Of a stretch of 64,000 nucleotides of DNA, positions 1-12,450 are shown in pieces. Under the pieces are notes generated by a model. The model saw only the letters and a program-made list of their open reading frames with translations, made no database searches and had not been told where the DNA came from. The stretch's first letter is position 1. Every line of letters begins with the position of its first letter. A program made the translations under genes and the position numbers. Source of the stretch: Malacoraja senta (Eukaryota); contig CM076001.1 in NCBI GenBank assembly GCA_038087875.1, forward strand, positions 1,798,001-1,862,000, in the 5' to 3' direction.

Positions 1-2825
1 CGATGAGGATGCTAGGTGGTTGCAGGGTGACCGGGACGGGTTGAGTGAGTGGGCAGATACATGGCAGAAGCGGTATAATGTAGTTAATGTGATGTTATCC
101 ACTTTGACGGCAAGAAAATGGAAGCAGATTATAATCTCAATGGTGTCAGATTGGGGAAAAGGGAATGTGCAACGAGACCTGGGTGTCCTTGTGACATTGA
201 AACAGGAGATGTGGAGTCCGTATGGATAGAACTAAAGAACTAAAGAATTGTAAGATACTAGTGGGAGTTATCTACATACCCCCAAATGGTAGCCTGGCCA
301 TAGGGTGCAAGTTGAATCAGGCATGTAGCAAAGGTAATGCTGTGCTTGTTATGGGAGATGTCAACATGTAGGTAGACTGGGAAAATCAGGTTGGTACTGG
401 ACCCCAAGAAAGGGACTTTGTACAATGCCTTCGTGATGGATTCTTAGAGCAGCTTGTATTGGAGATTATCAGGGAGAAGGCAATTCTGCATTTATTGTTA
501 TGTAATTAATCGGATTCGATAAAGGAACGTGAGGTTAATGAGCCATTAGGAGGTAGTAAGCATAATGTGGTCAGGTTTAATCTACAATTGGAGAGGGAGA
601 AGGGTAGATCGGTGGTGTCAGTGCTACAGTTGAATAAAGGGGCCCATGGGGCCATGAGGTAGAAGAAGGCCAACGTTGACTGGAAAGATACCCTAGCAGG
701 GATGACAGTGGAACAACAATGGCAGGTATTTCTAAGAATAATACAAAAGGATCAGGATCAGTTCATTCCTTGTAGGAAGAAAGATTCCAAGGGGAGTAAG
801 GGGCGACCGTGGCTGACAAGGAACATCAGGGACAATATAAAAGTAAAAGAGAAAAAGTACAACGAAGCATAGATGAGCGGGAAGCAAGAGGATAGGTAAT
901 GTTTTAAGAACAACAGAAGATTACCAAAAAGACAATACGGGGAGAAAAGATGAGGTACGAACGTAAGCTAGCCAAGAATATAAAGGACTATAGTAAAAAC
1001 GTCTTTAGGTAGGTGAAGAGGAAATAATAGCTGAGATCAAAATTGGACACTTGAAGACCGAAACAGGTGAATTTATTATGGGGAACAAGGAAATGGCAGA
1101 TGAGTTGAACAGGTACTTTGGATCCGTCTAGACTAACGAGGACACAAACATATATACCACTCCTGATATAGTAGTGGCCAGAGGATCCGGGGTGACGGAG
1201 GAACTGAAGGAAATCCACATTAGGCAGGACATTTTACTGGGTAGACTGATGGGACTGAAGGCTGATACATCCCCAGGGCCTGATGGTCTGCATTCCAGAG
1301 TACTTAAGGAAGTGGCTCTGAAAACCGTGGATGCATTGGTAATAATTTTACAATGTTCTATAGACTCAGGATCAGTTCCTATGGATTGGAGGGTAGCTAA
1401 TGTTATCCCACTTTTTAAGAAAGGCGGGAGAGTGAAAACAGGTAATTATAGACCAGTTAAACTGACATCCGTGGTGGGGAAGATGCTGGAGTCAATTATA
1501 AAAGATGAAATAACCGCACATTTGTATAGCAGTAACAGGATCGGTCCGAGTTAGCATGGATTTGCGATGGAGAAATCATGCTTGACTAATCTTCTGGAAT
1601 GTTTTATGGATGTAACTAGCAAAATGGACAAGGTAGTGTCAGTGGATGTAGTGTACCTGGACGTTCAGAAACCATTTGAGACGGTCCCACATAGGAAGGT
1701 TAGTGGGCAAAATTGGGGCACATGGTATTGGGGGTAGAGTGCTGACATGGATAAAAAATTGGTTGGCAGACAGGAAACAAAGAGTTTGGAATAACGGGTC
1801 AATTTCAGAATGGCAGGCAGTGACTAGTGGGGTACCGCAAGTCACGATGCTGAGACCACAGCTATTTACAATATACATCAATGATTTGGATGAAGGAATT
1901 CAAAGTAACTTTAGCAAATTTGCAGATGACATAAATCTGGGTGGCAGTGTGGACTGTGAGGAGGATGTTATGAGAATGCAGGGTGACTTGTACCGGTTGA
2001 GGGAGTGGGCAGATGCATGGCAGAGAAAAAGTTTAATGTGAATAATGTGAGGTTATCCACTTTTTAATATCAAAACGCAGATTACTATCGTCAAGTTGGG
2101 AAAAGGGGAAGTACAACGGGATCTGGAGGTCCTTGCTCATCAGTCTATGAAAATAAGCATGCAGGTACAGCAGGCAGTGAACAAAGCGAATGGCATGTTG
2201 GCCTTTATAACAAGAGGAGTCGAGTACAGGAGAAAAGAGATCCTTCTGCAGTTGTACAGAGCCCTTGTGAGACCTGGAGTATTGTGTGCAGTTTTGGTAC
2301 CCTAATTTGAGAAGGCCATTCTTGCTATTGAGGGAGTGCAGCGTAGGTTTACAAGGTTAATTCCCGGGATGGCGGGACTGTCATATGCTGAGAGAATGGA
2401 GCGGTTGGGCTTGTACACTCTGGAGTTTGGAAGGATGAGAGGCAATCTTATTGAAACATCTAACATTGTTAAGGATTTGGACACGCTAGAGGCAGGAAAC
2501 ATGTTCCCGATGTTGGGGGAGTCCAGAACCAGGGGGGACAGTTTAATAATAAGGGGTAGGCCATTTATAACCGAGACGAGGAAACATGTTTTCTCACTGA
2601 GAGTTGTGAGTCTATGGTGCGGTGGAGGCCGAGTTCACTGGCTACTTTCAAGAGAGAGCTAGATAGGGCTCTTAAAGATAGCGGAGTCACGGCTTTCGGG
2701 GGAGAAGGCAGGAACGGGGTACTGATTGGGGATGATCAGCCATGATCACATTGAATGGCGGTGCTGGCTCGAAGGGCCGAATGGCCTACACCTATTGTCT
2801 ATTGTCTATTGTCTATTGTGTATTG
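1..2825 (+). mobile_element. Degraded CR1-clade LINE (HER1-like): endonuclease remnant, RT and 3' UTR
   Basis: Broken ORFs with CR1 RT motifs (SPGPDGLHSRVLKE, NYRPV, SGVPQ, SKFADD, YRALVRP). Ends in the CR1 3' UTR and a (CTATTGT)n tail. Confidence 0.9.
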
Positions 2826-2869
2826 CTCACTCGTAAGGGCCATATAGCCGCCCCTGCACATATTTTCCA

Positions 2870-4870
2870 TGTTTCGATGTTTCTATTTAAAATCAGTACC
2901 CCGTTCCTGCTTTATCCCTATATCCCTTGTTCGTTTCGCACTAAGAACTACATCTAACTCTCTCGTGATATCTTCCAGTGAATTGGCCTCCACTGCCTTA
3001 TGTGGTAGAGCATTCCACAGATTCACAATTCTCTGGGTGAAACAGACTTTCCTCATCTCAGTCATAAGTGGTTTTGGGCACTTGTGAGACCGCATTTGTG
3101 AGCGATTTTGGTCTTCTAATTTGTGGAAGGACATGAGTACTATTGAGGAAGTGCAGCGTCGGTTCTCGAGGTTAATTTCCGCGATGGCGGGACTGATATA
3201 TGATGAAAGAATGGGTTGAGAGTGCTTGTATTCACTGGCATTTTGAAGGATGATAGGGAATCTTATAGAAACATATAAAATTCTTAAAGGGTTGGATAGG
3301 CTAGATGCAGGAAACATGTTCCCGATGTTGTGGGAGTCCAGAACAAGGAGTCAAGGTTAGAGAATAAATGTTGGCCACTTAGGGCAGAGATGAGGGAAAA
3401 TCTCTTTCACCCAGAGTTGTAAATCTGTTGAATTCTCTGCCACAGAATAGAGTGGAGGACAGTTCACTGAATGTTTCGAGGGAGAGTTAGATTTAGCTCT
3501 TGGGACTAAAGGAATCAAAGGATATGGGATAAAAACAGGAACGAGGTACTGATTTTATATGATGAGCCATGATGACATTGAATGGCGGTGCTGGCTCGAA
3601 GGACCGAATGGCCTACTCCTGCATCGCATGTTCTGTTTCTATGCTTCTAAATGGCCTACCACTTATTCGTAAACTGCGACATCTNNNNNNNNNNNNNNNN
3701 NNNNNNNNNNNNNNNNNNNNNNNNNNNNNNNNNNNNNNNNNNNNNNNNNNNNNNNNNNNNNNNNNNNNNNNNNNNNNNNNNNNNNNNNNNNNNNNNNNNN
3801 NNNNNNNNNNNNNNNNNNNNNNNNNNNNNNNNNNNNNNNNNNNNNNNNNNNNNNNNNNNNNNNNNNNNNNNNNNNNNNNNNNNNACCAAGTGTCCAATTT
3901 CCCTTGAAAACCATGGCTCTTTCCATTTTTTACTATTTCCTTTCAACCGAACAGGTACATAAAGATTCTGTACTTAAAATGTCACCTTTAAATGTCCTCC
4001 ATCTCTCTTCTACATCCTTCCCATAAAACAACATGTCCCAATTCACTCCTTTTAAATCCTTTCGCATCTCCTCAAAGTTAGCCTTTCTCCAATCAAGAAT
4101 CTCAACCCTAGGATGAGAGGGGATCTTACAGAAACATATGAACTTCTTAAAGGGTTGTGATAGGCTAGATGCAGGAAACATGTTCCCGATCTTGGGGGAG
4201 TCCTGAACAAGGGGTCAACGTTTAAGAATAAGGATAGGTAATTTAGGACTGAAATGAGGGAAATTCTATTTCACCCAGAGAGTTGTGAATCTGTGGAATT
4301 TTCGGCCACAGAATACAGCGGAGTGCAATTCACTGGATGTTTCAAGAGAAAGCTAGATTTAGCGCTTGAGGGCAAAGGAATCAAGGGATATGTGGAACAA
4401 ACAGGAACAGGGGAATAAACATGATCATTTTAGATGATCAGCCATGATAATATTGAATGGTGTTGCTGGTTCGAGGGGCCGAGTGACATACTACTGCATC
4501 GAAATTTCTGTTTCTATGTTTCTAAATGGCCTAACCCTTATTCGTAAACTGTGACCTCTGTTTCTGGATTCCCTCAATATCCGGAATATCTTTACTGCAT
4601 CTAGCCGCTCCAATAGTCTTGCTACTGAGGGAATGCAGCGTAGGTTCACACGGTTATTTCCAGGGGTGGTGGGGCTGTTATATGCTGAGAGAATGGAGCG
4701 GCTGAGCTTGTATACACTGGAATTTAGAAGGATAAGAGGGGATCTTATTGAAACATATAAGATTATTGAGGGTTTTGACACGCAAGAAGCACGAACCATG
4801 TTCCCGATGTTGGGCAAGTCCAGAACCAGGGGGACACAGTTTAAGAATAAGGTGATTTTGAGTATTACAT
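2870..4870. mobile_element. Nested CR1 3' fragments in both orientations
   Basis: Repeated CR1 RT C-terminus (RRFTRL.PG, LYTLEFRR, MFPMLGES) and 3' UTR blocks. Confidence 0.85.
3685..3884. other. Assembly gap (200 N)
   Basis: Run of N. Confidence 1.
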
Positions 4871-5007
4871 GAAAAACAGTAGATGTTTGTTCAAAAGTGT
4901 GTAAGTAATGTCCACAGGGATGTAATCTCGTTGCCTGATATATGTTTGTTTCGCTGACAACCGCTGAGCGGCTGCACCAGGAGTGATCGCCTGGCCGACG
5001 CATTAAT

Positions 5008-5080
5008 ATGCACGAAATTCTGATCGAGGAAAAAATAGGACTTGTGTATTATCCGATTCTGGCAGCAATCGGTATACCTG
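5008..5080 (+). pseudogene. Exon 1 of GPR139/142-like GPCR pseudogene (GPCR-1)
   Basis: ATG 5008 gives MHEILIEEKIGLVYYPILAAIGIP, then G|GTATGT donor (phase 1). This matches the YY...G.P|ANL junction of this family and joins in frame to the acceptor at 6716. Confidence 0.8.
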
Positions 5081-5164
5081 GTATGTAATTGTCGGCACAT
5101 CTCATGGAGTTTGAAAGACAGTTTGAAAAACGAGTATTATAGATTAAGAGAACATACCGAGTAG

Positions 5165-5410
5165 CCCAGCACGGGTTACGGCGGCAAGGTGGCATAGCGC
5201 TAGACCAACTGCCTGACAGTGCTTGTCTGTCCGGAGTGTGTACGTTCTCCCCGGAACCTTCTGGGTTTTCCATGATATCTTCGGTTTCTTCCCACGCTCC
5301 ATAAAAGTAAAATAAATTGTCCCTTGTGTTTGTAGGCTGGTGTTGGTGAGCGCGATCGGTGCCGATTAGGTTGGCCGGTGGTCCTGCTTTCGCGCTGTAT
5401 CCCTAAATTA
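5165..5410 (+). mobile_element. Degraded V-SINE (HE1-like)
   Basis: V-domain-like core GTACGTTCTCCCC...GGTTTCTTCCCAC, similar to the better copy at 53722. Confidence 0.6.
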
Positions 5411-5754
5411 AAATAAAATAAGCAATGCACATCTGAGGAGCGAGGAAGCACGTTGGTATATTTGATCGATGCCGTTCATTGAAGCTCGCAGAAATGTAGC
5501 CCTCACAGCTTTTTACTAAAATCAATGCCGTACTTGCGTTGTTGCGAGGTGAAGCGAAACTTCGTCCTCGCTGTGAGTGGCAGTTTTTGCTCCACTGTGC
5601 GTACTGCATTCGGCAGAACGAGAAATACACCCCGTCGAGTAATTTGGCACTGCATTTCCTGTATCGCTCTTAAATTCTCATAGGAATAATTTCGCTGGGA
5701 CAGATTTGAAGGTCGTACGTACAACCAGCTCCACAACAACCTACTCCAGTGATA

Positions 5755-5935
5755 ACAAAGAACTGGTTAACTCAGCCAGTCTTGCAGCATCTCTGGAGGA
5801 CCGACGCAGTCGACGTATGGGTTTGGGATCATTTTTCCTATCGGAGTCTGAAGAAGGGGCTCGAGCTGATACGTCGCCTATCTATGTCCTGCAGAGATAT
5901 TACTTGCGACACTGAGATACTCCTGCACTTGTTCT
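5755..5935. mobile_element. Penelope-like terminal repeat remnant
   Basis: Similar to the dispersed repeat GGAGTAACTCAGC...GCAGCATCTCTGGAG and to CTGAAGAAGGG...CGTC. Confidence 0.55.
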
Positions 5936-6716
5936 TGTCATGTGCAGTACGGAGGCCCGCCGACTGTTCGGCAGAAAATACCTGCCCGTTATGTTGTTAG
6001 CCGTGTTTGTGAAGGGTTTTGTAATTGTATTTCCTGCTCTTCACTGAATCCCTTTCCTTGGTCTCATGTTCGGAAATACATTCTCGAAGGCCAAGTGGAC
6101 AACAGACCGGATTAATCCAGACCACGATTGACTCTATGCCCCGTCGCAAACGTTCCTCACGTCGCAGCAATAAAAATGACACCGCGCATTTTAATTTACC
6201 GTTTTAGAAATGAAATCAAATATTTGATATTGGGAGGATCCCCTCTTAATTCTGATTTGATTGCTGGTAATTTGGATTGTTAATTTCATTTTTGAGATAC
6301 ACTGACTGACCTGTTGAAAATGTTCTATATTTTACATCAACATCAAACGATTGGCATAATGTTGTGAAGATTAGTACAAAAGGCAATCCCACTAATTCTG
6401 CTAAACATGATTTTAATCAGTTGCAGATTAAATTTCTGTTTACCAAAATTGGATTGCCAGTTCTACTAACATTTCCATCGTTATGGCATTCTTTTCTGCT
6501 TAAGGCAATCCCACTAATTTTGGTAATCAGGAATTTAATAAACTACTGATTGAACATCTTTCTGGCAAACGTTGGACGGATGATTGTCCCAAATATTAAT
6601 TCGTTAAATAAATAGTCTCTACTACTGGCGAGACAGGTTTACATTACTCCATCTACTCCCACCCACCAACACGTACATCAGACAATTAATCAGTTTCTGT
6701 TTTCATTTTTCCCCAG

Positions 6717-7635
6717 TGAATCTGATGGCGATTGTGATCTTGTCCCGTGGCAAGTGCGGCCTCTCCAAATGCATCACTCGTTACATGGTAGCCATGGCAA
6801 CCGCAGACCTCTCTGTGATTCTCTGTTAGGTGATATTTCACCGGATTGCCGATATTTATTGGTGGCATGCTTCGATGCTCTACACTCCCGTGTGCAAAAT
6901 AACGATCTACCTGGCATCCGTCACGGTGAATTGTTCGGTATGGTTCACAGTGGCTTTCACCTTTGATCGCTTTGTTGCAATTTCTACTCTGAAAATGAAA
7001 ACCAAATATTGGACCGAGAGAACGGCGTCGATTGTTATCCTGACAGTGATCCCACTCGTCTGCCTCAAAAACCTTCCCTTGCCCTTCGCATACGTTTCTT
7101 ACCGCGGAACCGGTGGAGAAGTGGGCTGCCTCAAACTCGTACATTTTTACATTCATCCCGAATGGATGGTGTTCTCTTGGATCGAACAGTTGTTCACCCC
7201 GGCGATTCCTTTCGCCTGATTTTGTTGCTTAACGCGCTCACCGTCAGGCGCATTTCCGTGGTCAGTCGAGTCCGCAGGAATCTCCGGGAAATCAGCGGTG
7301 GGCAGAACTAGAAAGACCAGGAGATGGTGAACCGCAGACGGTCGGTCGTTTTACTTCTGGCAATCTCGAGCTGCTTCATCCTGCTCTGGGCCACAAGTGT
7401 CGCACATTTTATTGCGGTTCGAAGTTTCAAAATGTTTATGTACAAGGCCTGGAGAAACCCTATGGTAGGGTTGGAAAAGGTCGGATTTATGCTTCAGCTG
7501 CTGAGCTCCTGCACCAACACGGCCATTTACACCGTGACACAGAGCAAGTTCAGAGAGGAGCTGTTCCGTGTGCTAACATATCCGATCATTTGCACTGGAA
7601 AGATATTTAAATCGGTAAAGTGTAAGTTAAAATAA
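6717..7635 (+). pseudogene. Exon 2 of GPR139/142-like rhodopsin GPCR pseudogene (GPCR-1)
   Basis: Acceptor TTTTTCCCCAG|TG, then NLMAIVILSRGKCGLSKC, FTFDRFVAI and SSCTNTAIY. Disabled by TAG at 6827-6829, a 1-nt deletion near 7215 and TAG at 7309-7311. Confidence 0.92.
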
Positions 7636-8704
7636 TATAACAAAAACGAGTGACCAGCTGGGCTTCACGCGTTGCTTTGCTGTACGGTTTATGTGAAAAG
7701 ACAGCATTTAATGTGTGGACATTGTACGTCCATTCGTCCTGTCGGGCACGCCCAGCTGCTAAGTAGATTCATGGGCTCAATTGAGTCTCACCTCTTGTAC
7801 GTATTTGTATGTGCTCACTTCAATCATTGAACTTCTGTTTTTCACGAATATGCCTGGAACATATTGCGTATGCATATGCCTGGAACATATTGTTTTCAAA
7901 ACGAGTGAATATGTTCAGTTAAATAAGTGCAACGTGTTGTATATCTGATTTCCTTTCATCAGTGAAAAAACGTATCATTGCTCATTAACGAGGTTTTCGG
8001 TTTAAAGAGAATCTGCTGTTTTAGCAGCGGATGAACTAGATTGTGTAAAGTTCCATACAGATACCGTGATTAAAAAACCTTCTGTATGCGGTAAATACCT
8101 ATCGATTGTAAAGCTATAGGCGAGGAGTGCCAGAAATACAAAATCATGAGAGGAATATATCGGGTAGATGCACAGATTATTTTGCCCAGAGAATAGTTAG
8201 ATTAAACGAGAATTTACCAGGTTGAAGTTTTAACTTTATTTTATGAGGTGTTACGGTTAGCGATTACGTGAAGAACCCCGTCAGTCGGCATGCGCGTCTA
8301 TCTACAAAGCAGCGGTGTGAAATCACAGATAAAACGCAACTGAAGTAACATAGTAAGAATATAAAACAGACCTTCCAGTTGACCTTTATAACATTGAGGG
8401 CCGGGAGCGGTGGGCACGTAATCGCTCATCGTAATTCCTCATAAAATAAAGATCAAACTTCAAACTGGTAAGTTCTCGTTTAATCTTACTATTTTACTTC
8501 GGAGTCACGTGAGTGATTCCGTGAAGAATTCAAAGCTCTGTGATTTCATGCCGGAGATACGAATCCAGGCTTCTCACACTGCATCAGTTGACTCAGGAGG
8601 AGTGAATAATGAGGAATACAATGAAACATGGTACAGATTAACATGTTGCTTTAATTCACAAACAAAAGAAAATACAACAACGAACCCTGTGTTACCAGAG
8701 GAAG

Positions 8705-9688
8705 CTAGGAAACAGAACTTAAAATAGAATGGGCGAACACCCCGGTTTCAACAAGTGGTTTATTGTAAAACCTTTGAAACGTCAGTTCATTTGACCCTCC
8801 TGCAGCCTCGAGGATTTGGTCTAGAGGGACGTCCATTGCCCTCGCTGCTGACGTTGATGCCGCCCTGGTGGAGTGAGATTTAAAATTGGCAGAATTAACA
8901 CCTGCAAATCCCAATACTTGTTTCAGCCATCTTGAGGTGGTCTGGACGGACACTTTCCCATGTGGCTTTTTGTGGCTTACAAACAATTGTACTTCCGATT
9001 CTCTGAGGCCCTTGGTGATCTCAATATAAGACCGTAAGTGCGCCACCACACACAGTCGTAAGTCCGTGGAATACGGTAACAGTAGAAGCTCGACTCCTGA
9101 CACCACTGGTCTGCTCTGTTTAATGAGATCATATATGTAGAATAACACGTCATTCCCAGATGACAACATCCTATCCATTCTAATTTTTTGCGGTGTCTGA
9201 ACCATCTGTGCTGACACTAACGCCATGAGCATAACCAATTTCAAGGTAATCTTTACCAAAGACAAGGATGTGGCTGGAATCCACTGTCGAGGCAGCGTGA
9301 GTACCATAGTGACATCCCAGATTTCTGTATATCTAGGCCTGGGGGGGTTGGAATTGAAAACACCCTTCATAAATCGAGGTATTAACGGATGAGATCCTAC
9401 TGACTGTAGTTGTGACCCCAAACATAAATACGACGACAGAGCACTCCTGGCAGTATTGATGGCACTATAACTTAGACCGTCAACAAAATATAATTCAGAG
9501 AGAAACTGTAACACATCTGGGATGGAAACTGTGTGGTAAGTAATGCTCCCGTTTAAGCAAAACGCCTCCCACTTCCTGATATGAGAGAGATGCTGTTTTT
9601 TTGTACTATCCCTCCAGGATGATGTGATGACATCCACGATGCGATTGGATAATCCCAGACCCAGGTATGGTCTCCTTAAAACCTGCAA
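8705..9688 (-). CDS. DIRS tyrosine recombinase ORF (open, probably catalytically dead)
   Basis: Motifs GLSYSAINTARSALS, HPLIPRFMKG, SHSTRAAS (HxxR) and TFQRFY (catalytic Y). The catalytic R position reads M (AQMVQT) and the W position reads G (AAGGS). Confidence 0.85.
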   Translation of the reverse strand: MQVLRRPYLGLGLSNRIVDVITSSWRDSTKKQHLSHIRKWEAFCLNGSITYHTVSIPDVLQFLSELYFVDGLSYSAINTARSALSSYLCLGSQLQSVGSHPLIPRFMKGVFNSNPPRPRYTEIWDVTMVLTLPRQWIPATSLSLVKITLKLVMLMALVSAQMVQTPQKIRMDRMLSSGNDVLFYIYDLIKQSRPVVSGVELLLLPYSTDLRLCVVAHLRSYIEITKGLRESEVQLFVSHKKPHGKVSVQTTSRWLKQVLGFAGVNSANFKSHSTRAASTSAARAMDVPLDQILEAAGGSNELTFQRFYNKPLVETGVFAHSILSSVS

Positions 9689-9948
9689 ATTAACAAATTA
9701 ATACGATCACACAATGGGTGTTGATCTCCAGTCACAGGGTTTACCAATAGATGATGACATTTTGGAACCACCATAATTGTCTGAGTTATAATGTCCGAAA
9801 TGAGAGGGAACCATGGCTGCGTATGCCAGTCGGGCACCACCGAAACTCCTGAAGCGGAGTCCTGCTTGATTTTAGTCAAGCGCCGACTGATGAGCCAGAA
9901 TGGAGGATATGCATATGTAAACAATCCTCTTTGTGGGGGGGGGGGCAA
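9676..9948 (-). pseudogene. DIRS DAM-like methyltransferase domain fragment
   Basis: YAYPPF...KIKQDSA...VPDWHTQPWFP, overlapping the YR start as is typical of DIRS. Confidence 0.8.
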
Positions 9949-9954
9949 TAGAAA

Positions 9955-10150
9955 AGAAGAGGCGGAGACAGTGGGCTGTGGGAGAGCTGGGAAGTGGAGG
10001 AGAAGGAAGGAGAAAGCAAGGACTACCTGAAATTGGAGAAGTCAATGTTCATACAGCTGGGATGTAAACTACCCAAGCGAAATATGAGTTTCCGCTCCTT
10101 CAATTTGCGGTGGAACTCTCTCTGTTCTGGGCCTCCTCCATGGCCAGAAT
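9955..10150 (-). mobile_element. Penelope-like 3' fragment truncating the DIRS element
   Basis: Near-identical to 46320-46500 (GIY-YIG C-terminus and UTR). Confidence 0.7.
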
Positions 10151-10187
10151 GAGTTATGTAGGTTAAGGCACATTAATTAAGCCAGTT

Positions 10188-10230
10188 TCCCTCATGGTCC
10201 AGTGGTCCGATTCAATTTCCGATCAGGGAA
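10188..10230 (+). pseudogene. Internally deleted tRNA-Glu remnant
   Basis: TCCCTCATGGTCCAGTGGT...TTCAATTTCCGATCAGGGAA matches the 5' and 3' ends of tRNA-Glu. The anticodon arm is missing. Confidence 0.55.
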
Positions 10231-10574
10231 GGGGAATACATTTTTCTCCAGTGGAAGCATTGCGGTACTGAGCAGCTCCCACCTTCTGCATATTGTGCAC
10301 CCCCACGAGCACATAAATAGTGGGCAGTCCATCAGTCTTCATACTGGTACGTCTGCTGCAGCTTCATAAAGTATATTGATACAAATTGCCAAAAGGAGAT
10401 GAATGAGATTTTTCAACAGTATTAGTCTGTGCGTGTTTGTGTTGTGGTTGTGTGTATGGGAAAGGGTGAGAATAAAAATCGGCGGCTGATATGTACATGG
10501 CCACTGACGTCTACTCTGATATTTAAAGGCAGGGCCGATTTTCAAATTCAGCTCCATTTCCGCCTATTATCCCC

Positions 10575-11498
10575 AGATATGTTAGCTGTGAGGAGGATGC
10601 TAGGAGGCTGCAAGGTGACTTGGATAGGCTGGGTGAGTGGGCAAATGCATGGCAGATGCAGTATAATGTGGATAAATGTGAGGTTATCCACTTTGGTGGC
10701 AAAAACAGGAAAGTAGACTATTATCTAAATTTTGGCCGATTAGGAAAAGGGGAGACGCAACGAGACCTGGGTGTCATGGTACACCAGTCATTGAAAGTAG
10801 GCATGCAGGTGCAGCAGGCAGTGAAGAAAGCGAATGGTATGTAAGCATTCATAGCAAAAGGATTTGAGTATAGGAGCAGGAAGGTTCTACTGCAGATGTA
10901 CAAGGTCTTGGTGAGACCACACCTGGCGTATTGCGTTCAGTTTTGGTCTTCAAATCAGAGGAAATAAATTCTTCCCATAGAGCGAGTACAGAGAAGGTTC
11001 ACCAGACTGATTCTTGGGATGTCAGGACTTTCATATGAAGAAAGACAGGATAGACTCGGCTTGTACTCGCTAGAATTTAGAAGATTGAGGGGGGGGGGTC
11101 TTATAGAAACTTACAACATTCTTAAGGGTTTGGACAGGCTAGATGCAGGAATATTGTTCCTGATGTTGGGGAAGTCCAGGACAAGGGGGTCACAGTTTAA
11201 GGATAAAGGAGAAATCCTTTAGGACCGAGATGAGAAAAACATTTTTCACACAGAGAGTGGTGTATCTCTGGAACTCTCTGCCACAGAAGGTAGTTGTGGC
11301 CAGTTCATTGGCTATATTTAAGAGGTAGTTAGATGTGGCCCTTGTGGCTAAAGGGATCAGGGGGTATGGAGAGAAGGCAGGTACAGGATACTGAGTTGGA
11401 TGATCAGCCATGATCATATTGAATGGGGGTGCAGGCTCGAAGGGCCGAATGGCCTACTACTGCACCTATTTTCTATGTTTCTATGTTTCTATATATCG
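10575..11498 (+). mobile_element. CR1 LINE 3' portion
   Basis: RT C-terminus, 3' UTR and (CTATGTTT)n tail. Same family as 17066-19495. Confidence 0.9.
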
Positions 11499-11957
11499 NN
11501 NNNNNNNNNNNNNNNNNNNNNNNNNNNNNNNNNNNNNNNNNNNNNNNNNNNNNNNNNNNNNNNNNNNNNNNNNNNNNNNNNNNNNNNNNNNNNNNNNNNN
11601 NNNNNNNNNNNNNNNNNNNNNNNNNNNNNNNNNNNNNNNNNNNNNNNNNNNNNNNNNNNNNNNNNNNNNNNNNNNNNNNNNNNNNNNNNNNNNNNNNNNN
11701 NNNNNNNNNNNNNNNNNNNNNNNNNNNNNNNNNNNNNNNNNNNNNNNNNNNNNNNNNNNNNNNNNNNNNNNNNNNNNNNNNNNNNNNNNNNNNNNNNNNN
11801 NNNNNNNNNNNNNNNNNNNNNNNNNNNNNNNNNNNNNNNNNNNNNNNNNNNNNNNNNNNNNNNNNNNNNNNNNNNNNNNNNNNNNNNNNNNNNNNNNNNN
11901 NNNNNNNNNNNNNNNNNNNNNNNNNNNNNNNNNNNNNNNNNNNNNNNNNNNNNNNNN
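11499..11957. other. Assembly gap (459 N)
   Basis: Run of N. Confidence 1.
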
Positions 11958-12183
11958 CCCTCTGTTCACCGTTCCTAAATCTATTACATTTACATTAATG
12001 TAAACACAGAAAATTAGAGTATGAATTGAACCCAAGTGAATAACGATGCGTGAATGGTGATGTATGTGAGGTGACTTGTTAAAGACTCAAAGAATACTAT
12101 TTTTGAAGCAGAAGGGGAGGTGTCGGCAGGCTAAGAAGCGTTAAATGCTTAGCATTGATGTGTGTACAAGAATTTAGGCAGTG

Positions 12184-12255
12184 TCCCTCATAGTGTAGTG
12201 GTCAGGATTCTGCGCTTTCACCGCTGCGGCCCGGGTTTGATTCCCGGTCAGGGAA
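12184..12255 (+). tRNA. tRNA-Glu(TTC), probably a pseudogene
   Basis: 72-nt cloverleaf TCCCTCA...CTGCG CTTTCAC CGCTG...CCGGG TTTGATT CCCGG TCAGGGAA. There are mismatches in the acceptor and anticodon stems, and a C56>T change in the B box. TTTT follows about 10 nt downstream. Confidence 0.85.
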
Positions 12256-12274
12256 GATGGACATTTTATGTCGA

Positions 12275-12450
12275 GAGTAGATCTCCAACGCCGTACATGT
12301 TTGTAGGTTAATTGGTTTTATGTCAATGTAAAATTGTCCCTAGTTTATGCAGGGTAGTGTTAATGTTTGGAGATCGCTGGTCGACGCGGACTCAATAGAC
12401 CGAATGACCTATTTCCGCGTTGTATCTCAAAACGAGACTAAACTGAACCA
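12275..12450 (+). mobile_element. V-SINE 3' fragment
   Basis: TTTGTAGGTTAATTGG...AAATTGTCCCTAG...GGGCCTGTTTCC-like block and a CTAAA tail. Confidence 0.6.

Larger units (their letters stand above)
8192..9950 (-). mobile_element. DIRS1-type tyrosine-recombinase retrotransposon, 3' half
   Basis: MT domain followed by YR ORF. An approx. 79-bp inverted repeat (8192-8270 vs 8415-8493) is consistent with the ICR pairing to the right terminus. Confidence 0.88.

Noticed and set aside
3569-3962. ORFs spanning N runs (also 11400-12035 and 31808-32204)
   Set aside because: Artefacts of translating gaps.
5582-5640. CACTGTG next to a nonamer-like AGTTTTTGC and a DGVYF..C-like peptide
   Set aside because: The spacer is only 2 nt and there is no V framework or J motif.
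5749-6000. ORF containing KKGLELI, resembling a V FR2
   Set aside because: Derives from the PLE repeat CTGAAGAAGGG; no Cys/Trp framework.
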